NCBI RefSeq assembly: GCF_000150275.1
Contig: NW_002060976.1
Coordinates: forward strand, 5,626 to 69,625
Reading direction: 5' to 3'
DNA length: 64,000 bases
Source: Trichoplax adhaerens
Taxonomy: Eukaryota; Animalia; Placozoa
Below, in pieces: positions 1-13,561 of the stretch (position 1 is its first letter; every line of letters begins with the position of its first letter). The position numbers and the translations under genes are program-made. A model generated the notes under the pieces. It searched no databases, was not told the DNA's origin, and was given only the letters and a program-made list of their open reading frames with translations.

Positions 1-414
1 CGTGAACCATTTGATATACTAGACATGATCGAAAAACTTACGGAATATAAACTGATGATTTTAGGCTAAAACTTTACTTAAACGTGGTAAATGATTTAAG
101 GATGAGATATAGTTATAGATGTGAATCGAATAGCCGATTAGACGCAATAATAGTCGTAGATAAAATTTCAGCGAATTACGGAATATATTACACGCTAATG
201 AAGCTGTACGCTTATATGGCCACTTAGAGAAACAAAACATTGGTTCTTCTACGAAATTTTTGATTACGGCTTTACTAAAAGTGAAGAAACGAAAAAGGCT
301 ATACGTGTTAAAATTGATAAGTGTGCCACCAATGTTGACTTCAAATCGTATGGCTTTACCATTAACAAGGAAGATGTAAGGTTTATTAGGCTGACCGAAG
401 AAAATTTAATTGCA

Positions 415-3400
415 TTAAACTCTTTCTAGAATGCTATATATATGATAAAAGTCTCTACAGATCAGTAAAGATTGATCTTTACTAGACCTAACTCGCATGT
501 TGCTATTGAATTGTGGTGACTGCAGTATTTGTAGTATGTTCAGCGTATATTTACAACGAATAAAAATTTTGTTATCGCTGGTATATATAAAAAAATTTGA
601 TCCCCATAAGTTATCTACGTAAAGAATATGTAAATTAAAAAATTGGATGTATGCTTTATGTCCCTTGGCGCATAAAACATTCTGAAGGGTGTAAATCTGT
701 CAAATAGAGATTGAAAATATTTCGCAAATTACAACTCTGCTAATGAATAATCCTTCTCACGTAATACGATTGTAAGTCAGTGATATATTGTACCGCAAAG
801 TCGTCTCCCTTATCCACGAAGAAAAAAATACCAACGTTGCTTAAACCACAGTCCTATTCAACGCGTTAAGTACAATGAAAGATTTATTCCTACGTAATCA
901 TTTGTCATATTTCAAGTTTATGCATAAATAATGATATTAAATAATATAATTTATATTTTACAGTATAATTGACTATGTAAAGCTAAATAAGGCATAAGTT
1001 GTTTACCATAAAAATATTCCATTGCTTTTGAAACTTTCTGGATGGTTTATTAACGGTATTTACTTCATTTATATCTGAAAAAATGATTCGGCTTCCCTTT
1101 AAGGACAATATGGCAACATAATTTCCATCGTCTTGATAATAGGAATCTTCACTTTCACTAGGAGTTACTTTTCCATTTTTGAAATAGTAGTGCTAAAATA
1201 GAGAAGTGAAATTTATCCAAAAATTGGAATAAACTAGGCGGTCAGATAATTTAGTAATATATTTATAATTGTAAGGGTAAAGTATAAATAACAACGTAGC
1301 TTCGTCATGTATTCGTATATAGCCATAAATTGACAATTTTTTTATGATGGGATAAATGCTGATTAAACGCACTACAGTACTTTGAATTTGATCATAATCA
1401 TGCAATGTTTCTGAACAAATTTGCTAAATTGAAGATGAAACTGAAATATGTAAAAAACAGAGTGAACTTCAGGATTTCAAACTAAAGTAATCAAATCACT
1501 AAAGGACTAAAGATAGTCTGTTGTCCTTAATTCCGTCTCTAGGGATATTTTGTCCTATCATTTATTCATTCATTCCGTTTTACTAGGCTAAGCTATACGA
1601 GCGCCNNNNNNNNNNNNNNNNNNNNNNNNNNNNNNNNNNNNNNNNNNNNNNNNNNGTCATGTGAAATTGGTAGAAGTCACAGGCATTCTATTGCAACGCT
1701 GCTGATAAGAAGTATAGTACAGTGAAATAAAGCGCTTATCAGGAACTTCTTAGCGAATTATGCATAAATGGTCAACGCTGTATGAAACGGACCTGAAAAT
1801 AATGTCATGGCAGTGTACATAACAAAAATCTCTAAGAAACTACATTTATATTTTTATCAGAATTATCACCTCCAGGTAATGCTTGCAGTCAGATTTTCGA
1901 CAATAAAAGATGATGTTATAATCGTCCAGGTACACACAATTTTCTATATTGCTACTAAGTTTCGTGTAAGAGGTAACTTGATCTCCAGTATCAAACTTAA
2001 TGATTGAGACGTGAAATATCTAAGAAGATGAAAGAAATTTCTTTTATTCCATTATAACATTAGAAAGTCTTAATGCTTAATTGAATCAAATTTCTAATCT
2101 CATAATCAGAACCGCTTTTGATAGCCATTTAATAAATACGACATTCTTTTCGTTATATAAACATTCGCTTCTGCTTTTCATAATGTCCGTTGTGAAAATA
2201 AGGTTTTGAGTCCACTTTCTTCTATTTCCGGGAGGCAATTCATACATCTACAGGTAGAATAATATCGGTGACAGTTATTAATAATTTTAGAAAATTTATG
2301 TTAATGTTCTATATTATTTGCTAATCAATATTACTCAACGACTGAAACAGCATCCTATCGCATATCTTTACAGTTAAGATAGTGTAAACTGAAGTATTTC
2401 TAGCTCTATCAATGATTCTAGCATATGAGGAAGATCTTTAGCTTGGTGCGCTAGATTCGATAACCCTTTTTGCCATAGATACATTTAAACGTTCATTCAA
2501 CATAGTTTTCATATACAATATTAATGAATTCTTTATACTAGTGACTAAATTTTAACGCCTATACCATTCATTAAACTTGACAAATTTTCAGCATTTGAAT
2601 CAATTTAAGAAAATGCAAATATTTATAAAACAAGGCTAGTTGCAAGCAATTCTGACAGAGCTAATGATAATACCGTAATGAAAGCATGCCAATGTACGGT
2701 AGAAGTAGGCAAACATAGCTCATTCCAACATTTATAGACTTCTTCAATCATTATACCGGGCATATCACAATGGAAATGATAGTCATACGATGCTTTTTCT
2801 TGATGAGATGCCTTTTTCGTACGAAGATCATAAATGTGTTCGATATTCAAGTCTGCACCAGTCATAATCTGAATAGTTATACGGAAATTCTGCAGTTAGA
2901 GCTGAAAAATTAAAATTTATATTGCAGTTTATAGACATCACCGATTTTTATTAATTCATACCGAAAGGGAAGAGTATCCTTCCTTATCAATTCGAAGCTT
3001 ACTTATAATCGGTATATTATTAACGAAAGCGGAATCAGATTTAACTATGTGATACTTTTCGTCCATGTCCTCGTACATAATGGTATTTTGAGGTGATTCT
3101 ACTTTTATAGTGTATAAATAAATGCCCTGTGTGGACCAGTTATAAGCAACTAGTGCAAAAGCTTCATGGATAAATTCCATAAAAACAATTTCTGAGCTGC
3201 ACACTATGACTTGATTTCCTATCATTACTCCATCTTGAAATTGATAAATCTGAATAGGAAATCGGTTGTTATGATATTAATATTAATAGCATTAACATTT
3301 GTAATTATATGCCTCTATCGCCTAGTATTTTTTTGTATTGAAATAGCTTGCTGTAATAGAGGAGATACTACGTATGTAAATACCTGAATATTACTCATAA

Positions 3401-6400
3401 TGCCAGATCTGACTAATGCGGCAATTAATTCGCCATCATTTGAAATCGCGACCCAAGCAACGAAGGCACCTTTACTAATCGCTTGAAATATTTCAGAAAA
3501 TTCTTCTACAACCCTTAGGCTTTCACTATCATTAAAATTCGTAGGTAATACGCCAAGTGTAGATCCATAATTCATGACGATCATACTCTCGTCAATTGCC
3601 TTAACATCATCTAAGTTGCAAATATTTTCGGGCTGGCAAAATTTTGCTATGGCATTACAGGTGTTTGCATCGATTAGCTCTGGAACTTCAATGAGGGTAT
3701 AATCATTAAGATTCTCAATCTCATGTGCCTAAAAAGAATTTTAATTTACATCTTTAGATTAAAAAAGGAACGGATAATAAGCAAGCAGAATAACATTCAC
3801 CTATCTTCTAATTTAGGAGTTACCCAATGCTGTAAAAACTTATAAATGCATACTTTGGCATAAACATAATTCTTGTTTTCAAAATCTATGGAAGTGAGTA
3901 CCTTGATTTCGCAAGTATCTATTTTTTCGATGTTCCATTCCCGTTCGCTGAAGGAGCTAGGATTATTTCTGTGCCACGATAATATCCGAGACCCTTTTGG
4001 AATAAACTCAAACCCCTGAATTTCGAGTGACTGTCCAATAGTTTGTTGCATGACGACTTCTTTATCGTCGATTATCCACGTCTAATGTAAAAGTTATCAT
4101 TAAAAGTTATGATTATAATACTTGTTATATGTATTTACTATTCTTTCTATGTTGCTATGGTTCATGTAATGCTGTAAATAAGATGTTGTATCAACTTTAA
4201 GTATACAAATGTTTATCGTTCAGGCGAGTAATATTAATATCTGGACTTAATTATAATTAAGTCCAGATTACAGATAAGATACATAAACTGTTAATATATT
4301 ACAGTAGTATAAATTGTAGGAGCGATGATACAAGTAAAATCAAAGCGAAGGTCAAGAAGATAGTATTACGGAGCTTAACGGCCGAGAAACCAAATTAGCT
4401 GTAGAAACTAATAGCAAAGTCACTTTATTTTGCTAAAATACAGTACTGTAACTGCTACTTCTCGTAAATAGCGTTAAGAACTCGAGTTCTTAAGGGTTAG
4501 GAATAGGCAGTAGTGTATTTCTAAACTTAGTATGATAATACCTCAAGATTTCTTTTATCTGAAGATAAGGTGACAATGAGACTGTTTTGATATGGTGAAA
4601 ACTTTAGAATGTAGGCCTCCAAACCAATGTTAATCGAATCGTCGTTAGCAATGAAGTTTAGTTTTCGATGATCTTCAACATTTATTACTTCCCAAACGCA
4701 ATTTAGACCTCTTTCGGAATGATTCTATTTAATAATTATTATAGCATTCAAGTTTCTAATTTACAATATGGCGCAAGCGTACCGCAAATACACAAGTCCT
4801 ATCCATAATCTGATGCTATTTGGAGTAACAAGCTGATGGTGATTTATTTATTAAGACTTTACAATAGCTACTGTATATAATGCATCACTAGCCGTATAGT
4901 ATTTATTGGCCTAATGCCCTTAAGACTTATACATACAGGTGATTAGACACAGCTACTTACATAATTTGGCACGTAGCAATATGCTAATTTGCTTCCACAT
5001 GGGGATATATTTACATTAATAACTGAAACTTTTTCCAGTTGATAGCTGAAACAGTGTTTCGCATTATCCGACTCTGTCACCTTAAGTAGAAATTTAAAAT
5101 TGGTATTGTTTATTCTCTACGACTGCAGTAGCTACGTTTAAGGGATTCTGAATTATACGCAGACCATTACTAACCAAAAGTGTAGGATATGTTGTATCAT
5201 TTCCCTTAGAGGATGCTATTCTGAAGCGTTCTGAGTAAGAATTTGAACATTTAGGAACAGGATCTTCTTTACAATTTCCGGTTCTCAGGGATTTTTGCCA
5301 CTTTTCCTGATGTTTGCTTTCCGTATAACTAGAAATTTATGCAAATATATACAATATCTGTTTTAGAGCTGCTGCCCATGTGTATATGTGACATATATTT
5401 CCGACGAAGCGAAAATTTTTAATACCTAACAATAGCGTAAAAGCTTCCCTGTGTGCGTCTTTTTTCAGCAATTTTAAAAGCTTCCTTATACAACCAAGAT
5501 ATTTTATTTGTTGTTACAAGTAAAAACTGAACAAAATCTACGGATTCGAACTGTAAGTAAGAGCTGTGTTCTTGCAGCAGTGTACAAGCATCTCCCAAAT
5601 AGTCATTATATGACATCTAGAAAATACAATTTTGTTTAACCTAACGATACTTTAGGATTGTTGTGATAAATAGTGATATTAGTGCATAGGATGAAGTTGC
5701 AGCTATTTAATTAATTCAAGTAAAATAGCCAAGCTTCCTTGATTACTTAAAAGATTTAAGGAGTTGCAAAAGACTGGACTGTAACAGTTTTTACCTGGGC
5801 TCGCAAAAATTTTTGGCATCTTTCCAAATCGAACAGCAAGTTTGATACCGACTGAGAAGCTTTGAGACTTACATCCATCCATTCAACATCCATGGCTATC
5901 TTGTTAATGATTGTTATGCTATCAGCAGAAATAGCATGTTCAACAAGATTTTTACAGAAGTAACCGTCATCCTCAAAGTCAGACCAACTTAGACGGTACC
6001 GGAAATACGTTCTGGAAATGAGGTCACGATTTAATTCTTTATAATGCTCTTCATAGGAGAGCTGTGACACTTGGCTCGGCAATCGTAAATAGTCAACAAT
6101 TAAATCATGCAAATTGCAGATTATCCTGTAATAAATATCATGGATAAAATTTAATTAAAAGCACAAGTCCAATTTAAACATTCTTTTAATGATCTTAAAT
6201 GAACGGGTCTCTTTCGATAATCTAATTCGCAAGGGAGTGTATAAAATCTCAAACGTTGCAGCAATGCTAGCAATCTTATTATTCAAATTTGTTCTAACAT
6301 TGTTTACAAACATGTGCTTGTATGTAACGCAGATTATGCTCACCTAAATTTATGTGCATTTATCCTGTCATGTCCAACTGTTAAGAGAGAACGATCTTGA

Positions 6401-9400
6401 AAATTATATAGGATTCTGGTTGCTGTATCTTTATCGAGTTCCCATAAGCTACTTATAATATCTATCGGTATCTTGCCTTTTCTAAAAACTCCTAACTTTC
6501 GAAACTGCTCTCTTTCTGTCTTAGAGAGTTGATCAATACTAGCTGCGAAAGTTTCCTGCAAATTTAACCGATAATGGGGAAGAACGTTTGCATCGTTTTG
6601 CTGAGCTCTCCTTAAGGCATTTCGCCATCCCTCCGCGGTTGCAATTCGTTGACCTCCTATTAAAGCTATTGCCAAAGGCAAACCCTTACAGTTTTCGATA
6701 AGCCTTGATATATCTTCATTCTCCATTATATCTTCAATGTTAAGGTGACTATGATACGAGTGTAAAATTTGCACTGCTTCACTATAGGTTAAGCTCTCCT
6801 GGAAATGAAATAATATTCATGTACTCTATCCGGCCGAATTATATTTTCCGCGAATATTGATTTTAGTCTACAACGTTAATTGTGTACTCATTGCGTTTAA
6901 ATTCGTTACATTATTAAAATGTTATCCTTTACCGGTGCATTGACCACGTAGTTATGAAAAGATTTGATGAAATCCGTCCCAAGTCTTGAAATAACTATTG
7001 CTTTGGTAGAAAATTTAAGATACTGCAAATACTTCTCGTTCCAAAGATCGTCGAAGACAAAGAGAATCTCAGATTTACTCCCAAATTTTTCTATCAACAA
7101 GTATTAACTACCTTAGAATAAAATTGCCCTGCAAGCCAATATCGATTCTATCACAATACCTGATTGTTGAATATATGCTATTTTAAAAAACTTTACTAAC
7201 GAGTATCAATTAAGTAAGTCTAAATATTATACTATGAGAAGTTGAAATTACCCTACAAATATAAAGTAGGGTTTCAGGTTGAAATTACAGTGCGAAATAT
7301 TAAAAAAATTGATGCGAACTTCCTCCAAATAGCATAACTTGAGAAATGAAAATACCCTATAAGTGTAGTGTAGGTTTCCGGTTGGCAAAACAAATAATGA
7401 TTAGAAAACTACATGTTATGCGACATCGCTCAAATTAATTCTTTAATTTATTATATCTGAAGGCTGCCAGCTTCAACAACATGGGATCATCTGAAAAGAA
7501 CGATACAAAGTTGTGCTGTTCTTTTCAAGTGATTCGTAAAGTTTTATCGTCTTCATTGTCTCTTGCTACTAAGCTCCAGATCCTAGCACATTTTTATACG
7601 AACCCTACGGGTATATTTATTTGTTACAATTACCGTTTATTGCTCCACCTAAAAACTTGCACAGATCACTTAAAGTTTTCCCAATTTCATCAGAAACGGC
7701 GATGTCCAGATCACGCATAAGTTCATGCATTGTCTTTAGTAAACCGTCTTCGTTAATGTTGCCTGCAATCAAGGTCGGAAGACTTAACAAATTTGCTGTA
7801 CACTTTAAAACACGTTCTCACGTCCTATTACGAAACTTAATATTTTAATTTTATTAGTTTAAAATATTCAAAACCTATTGTAATCCACCGAATAGGATGC
7901 CGAAAATTTTCAGGATGCATTTCAACGAATTTTTTCACTGCCTGACTCACTGCAAAAGTTTTACCACATCCACCAATTCCATGCACCAAAACATGGCCGC
8001 TGCACTTATGAACATTTTGTAACGCTTCCAGTAGATTTTTTTCAAATTCTTTCCTTACGACGGCATGTTCAGTTTTCGCCACATTAGGTACATGCTGCAG
8101 TATCTCTTGAATTCGATAGTAAAATTCGATTCGATTTTATTGATTTTATTAGCCAGATTTTGTTAATCAGAATTTCTTAGTTTAAATCTCGAATTTATAT
8201 GGGCAAACTAAAACAAGGAATAGTAGGTACTGTACTACAGCAATAAATAAATAAAATACAGCTGAGAGGACTGGAAATGGACGTTCAGTTTGCTAAAAAG
8301 GCGTAATATACAGTACTAACAGCAACAATAGCCGCATTGTGATATTGTCGTCGCTAGAGAGTAGAGACCCTTTAATAGCTGCGTTCTCATGAGCGATGAC
8401 AACGCAGCGACAGGAGTCTTGTGATCGCAGACAAATCCTTATTAATCCTTGTGACGTCACTCTCGGCGAAATATAAAATTTTGGCGACGGGAGACGAGTA
8501 ACGTCGATAAAATTCAATATAAAGTCTTCCATTTAAAATCATCTATTCAAATTTTAAATACCTCTCCTAAGCAACCATTAGTCTTTATCGTAGATGACTG
8601 ATTCGCGCTAACACTATTTCTAAATGTAGCAGCTGCTAGCTGTAAGGTTTTGCATTCTAAAGTTCGAGAAGATCCTCTTTACGTCGTTGTTTTCATGAGC
8701 TTAAAGGTCGACCGGTTTGGTCGTCAAGTGCAGTTCTTACAAATACAGCGAGCACACAAGCTATACCACATTCCATACTAGAACTGATTTGAATTTTTAT
8801 GTGCTGTACAGTGTACTGTACAGTATATAGTCACAGTAATATCGGAGATCAGGAATTGGTCTGCTGTTTCGAAACTTGACTATTTTGCTAAATAATGTCG
8901 AAAATAAAATATTGTAGTGTACTGTATTTTGTAGTAATGGCTGAGTTAGATTATGGATTAAACGTATGGATTCGTTTATTAGCGATACAAACAAAATTGC
9001 ACCTTTCTGTAGAGATTCTATATCGTAGATTCTTATGTGCGTCGTGTACGCCCTTTACAAAGTCAATTGTCACCCCTGAAAGTATGTACTGTAAATCTTC
9101 CTAAATTACGCAATGCATAGATTTACACAGTAGATAGAGTATTTGATAGAAGATGATGTATTAAATTGAAGAGCTGCTTGAAATTATAGTGTATCAAGTG
9201 ATTTACGCGTATCTTGCTTTATGGCTTTTCTCACTTGAATGAAAACATGACAAAACTTTTTAATTTACTATTTTAGATCGTATTTATCATCTTACCCACG
9301 AGATCGTATTCGGAATTAAACTTATTTTCTTGGTGACCAAAACTACGTAAGGTCCCCTTTTCAGAAATTTCTGCATCTGATTTTGAGCGAAAGACACTTG

Positions 9401-10676
9401 TAAATTCGTTAAAGTCAGATCGAAGTTTATCCATATTGCTTTCGACTTTCTTTAGGATTCCTATTGCATCATCAATCTTACTGAAACATCCTTTTTCCAA
9501 TTTATTTACGATTTCCTCTACGCCTTCTTTTGTAATCATTTGATTTAATGTCGCCATGACACCATCTATTTCTCGATGTAAATCTTCCTTTTTGGGTAAA
9601 TTTTCTACTTTGATCTTAAGATCTTTCAGAGTTTCAGCGGTAAAGTGTTCATCTTCATCGGTAAGAGTTTTCTTTAAAGCTGATGTAGCGTATTCTTTGA
9701 GAGACTCAAAATTATTTACTGCAGATAAATGGCTGCTGTAACTGAAATGTTCCCAGACCGCGGTATCAAATGGCACCACCTTGTAGCCTTTATCCCTTAA
9801 CTTATCATCTGAAGGAAGTTGACCGTTCTCAATGAGTGGCTTCAACTCATAGTCAGAAATAAGCGAGGGTCGGCGATAACCCCATTGTTTTACGTAATGC
9901 TTTTGATCGGGAAAATATACACCTGTACCTTTTTCACCTACTGCTCCATCGATAAGGCCTAGCTGTGTAAGCAAATCTCCGCAGGCGATACTTTTATCTC
10001 TACTTTTATCAAATAACCTTTCAGATGAATGCTTTGAAATGCCATCGCGTACTCCAGATACACATATTCGGGCTAAATCCTCTAACTGATTGTAACTCAT
10101 ACTGTTTTTATCCACTATACTAACTACGGAGTTGTCATTTAGTAAATTTGACTTTGCCATGTGATTTAGAACCCGTTTTGCTGTTACCTTTGCTAGCAAT
10201 CTTAGATTAATACTAGCTGTATCCTGGGTTGCTAACACTACCTGGTGCTCAAACATTCTACAAATATCGCAAGCCAGTAAAGCCACAAAAAGCGTAGTTG
10301 AGCTGTCGTCTAGAGGAAGAATGGAAATAATCTTTCTAGCCTTCTCTTTATTAAATTTTTTTCTTAATTTTCTGGCAGCAAATGTTGTAATTGTCAAGCC
10401 TAAATTTATTGGAACCGAAATTTCCGACCCAAGAAGAGAGGTCAATGGTTTAGCAAAATCTGAAATAAAATGTTGATATTGATCGAAATTTCCCCCAATT
10501 TCAGCTTCCATGTCTCCAGTGACTATACGATCGTACAGAATTAATTTTCGAATAAATTGCAAAATAAGAGAGGAAATAAATAAGTTTAATTGCCTAGTGA
10601 TTCGATCTTCAGTATTTTGAGTAGCGTCGCGACTTCGAGCGGTTATACGCTTTCTTAGATTCAAGCACTTCAACAT
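415..10676 (-). CDS. Apaf-1-like NB-ARC (STAND) protein, copy A: novel ~460-aa N-terminal module + NB-ARC + helical domain + degenerate WD40/beta-propeller; about 19 exons, roughly 1700 aa
   Basis: Exon 1 is 10676-9296 (donor G|GTAAGA). It splices in phase 1 to the exon starting at 8105 (EILQHVPNVAKTEH...), which holds Walker A GIGGCGKT. Walker B ILFVFDDLW and sensor AIVISR lie at ~6930-7090, GLPL motif CKGLPLAIALIGG at ~6650-6700, and Apaf-1-type LHDLIVDYL at ~6090-6115. A WD-like blade VNISPCGSKLAY lies at ~4960-5080. The last exon ...LICRDFYHIYSILERV* ends at TAA 417-415. The exons checked by eye are collinear with copy B; internal boundaries are approximate. Confidence 0.85.
1606..1655. 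other. Assembly gap (N run) in an intron of copy A
   Basis: 50 consecutive N. Confidence 0.99.
4239..4268. repeat. Perfect 30-bp palindrome in an intron of copy A
   Basis: ATCTGGACTTAATTA|TAATTAAGTCCAGAT is its own reverse complement. Confidence 0.95.
9296..10676 (-). CDS. Single large first exon of copy A encoding an uncharacterised N-terminal effector module
   Basis: 467-aa ORF in the track, with consensus donor GTAAGA at 9295 in phase 1. Homologous to 22278-23592 (KPLTSLLGSEISVPINLGL vs KPIVSLLGSEIALPVNIGL; CDICRMFEHQ vs CDVCRMFQNQ; WGYRRPS vs WGNRKSS). Confidence 0.85.
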
Positions 10677-13561
10677 TTTTGGTATTATTTATCGTAAAAT
10701 ACGAATATGAATAGATCACTAGCGTAACAAGTCTTTGTAGTTAAAATGGATTTGCGATTAAATCTTGAATTATCGAATAAGTTTCTTGGGTATTAGTGAA
10801 TATGAGATCTAATTTAAAAATAACTTCGGATAAAAATTGTAAAAAAATATCTAGTTAGGATTTTTTTCTTTCAACGATTAACTTCACTATGACTAATAAA
10901 TAATATTCGCAACTTCTCGGTGGGTAGTATACGAATAACGCTAGAGAGGACTATCATTGTTTACCAAACGCTAAAATATTCGCCTTCTGTCCTTAAATCA
11001 CAAATTTAGAAGGTTAACTACTTAACCAGGTGGTGTTCAGTTCTTGACGTGTGGTTGTAGCTGATCAAATTAATCCTAATATTTAACGTTGTTAACTCCC
11101 ATCACTGGTATGCAGTGGAGTGTTTATTTAATTTTAATGGGCATCAGTCATAAGGAATCGTGCTGTGTTACTGTAAACTGAGATATCCTTACTCTGCCTT
11201 TTAATTATATGTATCCTGACTGTATGGCTGACAAGGATTACTAGAACTTTTTAACGCAATAGTTCTATTATTCCATGTAACTGACTTACCAACGTACTGT
11301 ATGTCGTCGGAAATTAAAATTATGTATATACAGTATAATAAATATTCGATCATAAATATCCGACGCACAAATAAATAATGAATAAAGTAAACACAGGTAA
11401 TTGGTTGGTGTTATATTTTAATATGAGCTTAATTTTTCCGCACTATGATCATGCATTACTTCTGTGATAGTTCGAAGACATAACAGTAATATCGACGATG
11501 GTAAAAAATTAAATCTAGATGTATTTTTAAAGGAAATCTTTAATATTACTTTTGCCAACGCTATATTAAAAATGTAATGATATCTTGATAGACATAGAAC
11601 GTATAATCAAAGATTGCAGTATTTAGCTAGTGGAGCAATAATCGCATGCTATGGTTGTATTATTAATTATTAACTATTTGCAGTACTTGCTAGTTTCCTA
11701 TTATACATATCACATTCAACCTTACTCTAACAACAGGTTTATATATACGTTAGTGCTACATAATAACCACTTCTTCATGGATAATAATAGCTGCTATTTC
11801 GATGCAGATTACCGTAGATGATAGTTATAAAAAGAAAGGTCGCTTGATAAATTTAAGTATTCACAATAAGAAGGCTTGCAATTGACCTTTAAACGTGGTA
11901 CTGTCCGCAACATCCAAACCTCATTCATTACGGTATTGTCAATTCCTTTATCTATACGAGTAACTTAAATATTAAGAATTTACGATCAGAATTATGATCG
12001 TTCAGGTTTGAAATCCAAAGCTGTACCACAATAGCCTTCGCGTTGCTGTCAATAATATCGATATAAAATTGTTTCAAAAGTACATTATAATTCGAATTGC
12101 AATTAACAGTAGCATTGTACTATCATGAAGGCCACACAGTATTCTAGTGTGGCATATGCTAGTTATTTCAGAGATTCTAATCTAAACTCATTCATGTTAG
12201 TATAATTATAATTACGGTTATTTTCTGAAGATGGCATATCTATCAAATCATATTTAATTCTAAAACACAATACGAGTGTACCGTATTGATCGTTCAGGAG
12301 GCATTCTTGGAACCAAAAAGCGTACATTTGCTTTGATTTAATGATTTATTAGTCAATAAATCAGAAAGTGAATATTAATAGCAATACTATTTTATTAAAT
12401 ATTCATCTGAATCTCCTAAGTTGTCTGTTTCAGTATTCAACCGCTACCAATGACTCCGAATATTGTATCGCTTTCATCTAATTGCATATTGATACATGAT
12501 TTAATGTCGATAAGTCCATAACTGGTATGGGCTAAATCAATTAACTTGTGTCTTTAAACGTACAATATAGTATTACAGTGTCTTAGTAGATTCTTATTTC
12601 TTAAAATTATAAAAGCTGATATTTTAAAGAAACGAGTTCGTAGCGAACATACTCATAGATGAGCATAAATTAAGGGTAACCTACACGTATTTATGTGTAA
12701 ATACACATGCACTATAAAATATAGTTTGCTATTATTTGAAGTAAACAGCTAGGAATGAATCAACTATCCATGGGTGTATAGCCTTCGAATCCCTTTGTTT
12801 ATGACTCAGTTACGCTATAGCACCAGTGCAGTTGTTTAATAGGCATTAAATAACTTAGTAATATTCTGATTTTCAAATTGTGGAGAATATGTGACATACT
12901 ACGAATGATACTTTTAATTAAGCATGTTAAGATACTGCAGGAAGTTATACGAGATTATATGTAGTGAGATCGAACCTTTATAATCATTGATCCAGTCAAT
13001 TACAGGATATGAAACCAATTAAATCTGCGGGATATCATACTAAAATCTGTAAAATGCCTTTTATGGTCACAGCTGCAATTACATCGTCACTCAGATATTT
13101 GCATACGAATAAATAGAACGGAAAGCTGATTATGAAATCACTGAATAAAAAATTTTACTCACAAAATTATTCAGGTCAATTAGCTATAATACTTATGAGT
13201 TATTCTCTCACACAATCAGTACTTTAAGCCTCGAACCAACGATAATGACAACTGTTAGCAATTTTACGTATATAGTTAATGACCATTGCAATGAAAGACA
13301 TTGCGGTTTATTATAATCTATTTATTGTAGTTGTTAAGGAATTCAACATTGCAATTCAATTTTCTTATCTCGAGCGCCAGAAAGAGGCGTTCGAGATAGC
13401 TGTACTTAAACATATATCTATACGATGCTGTAATAAACTGGATTAAAATTTAGGGTAAACTGTACGTAGAAGATGCACTACTTCTATTTTCAGTTGTAAT
13501 CAAGACCTACTAATTGTATTCTTATTGGTGCCCACCTATTAATAGTCCTTTTAATGGAAGA

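Noticed and set aside
1193-1405. 70-aa minus-strand ORF inside copy A
   Set aside because: No counterpart in copy B, and the flanking exons join in phase 0 without it; probably intronic
9273-10676. 467-aa ORF (and the 440-aa ORF at 22270-23592) as stand-alone single-exon genes
   Set aside because: Both have consensus donors in phase with the downstream NB-ARC exon, which has no start codon of its own
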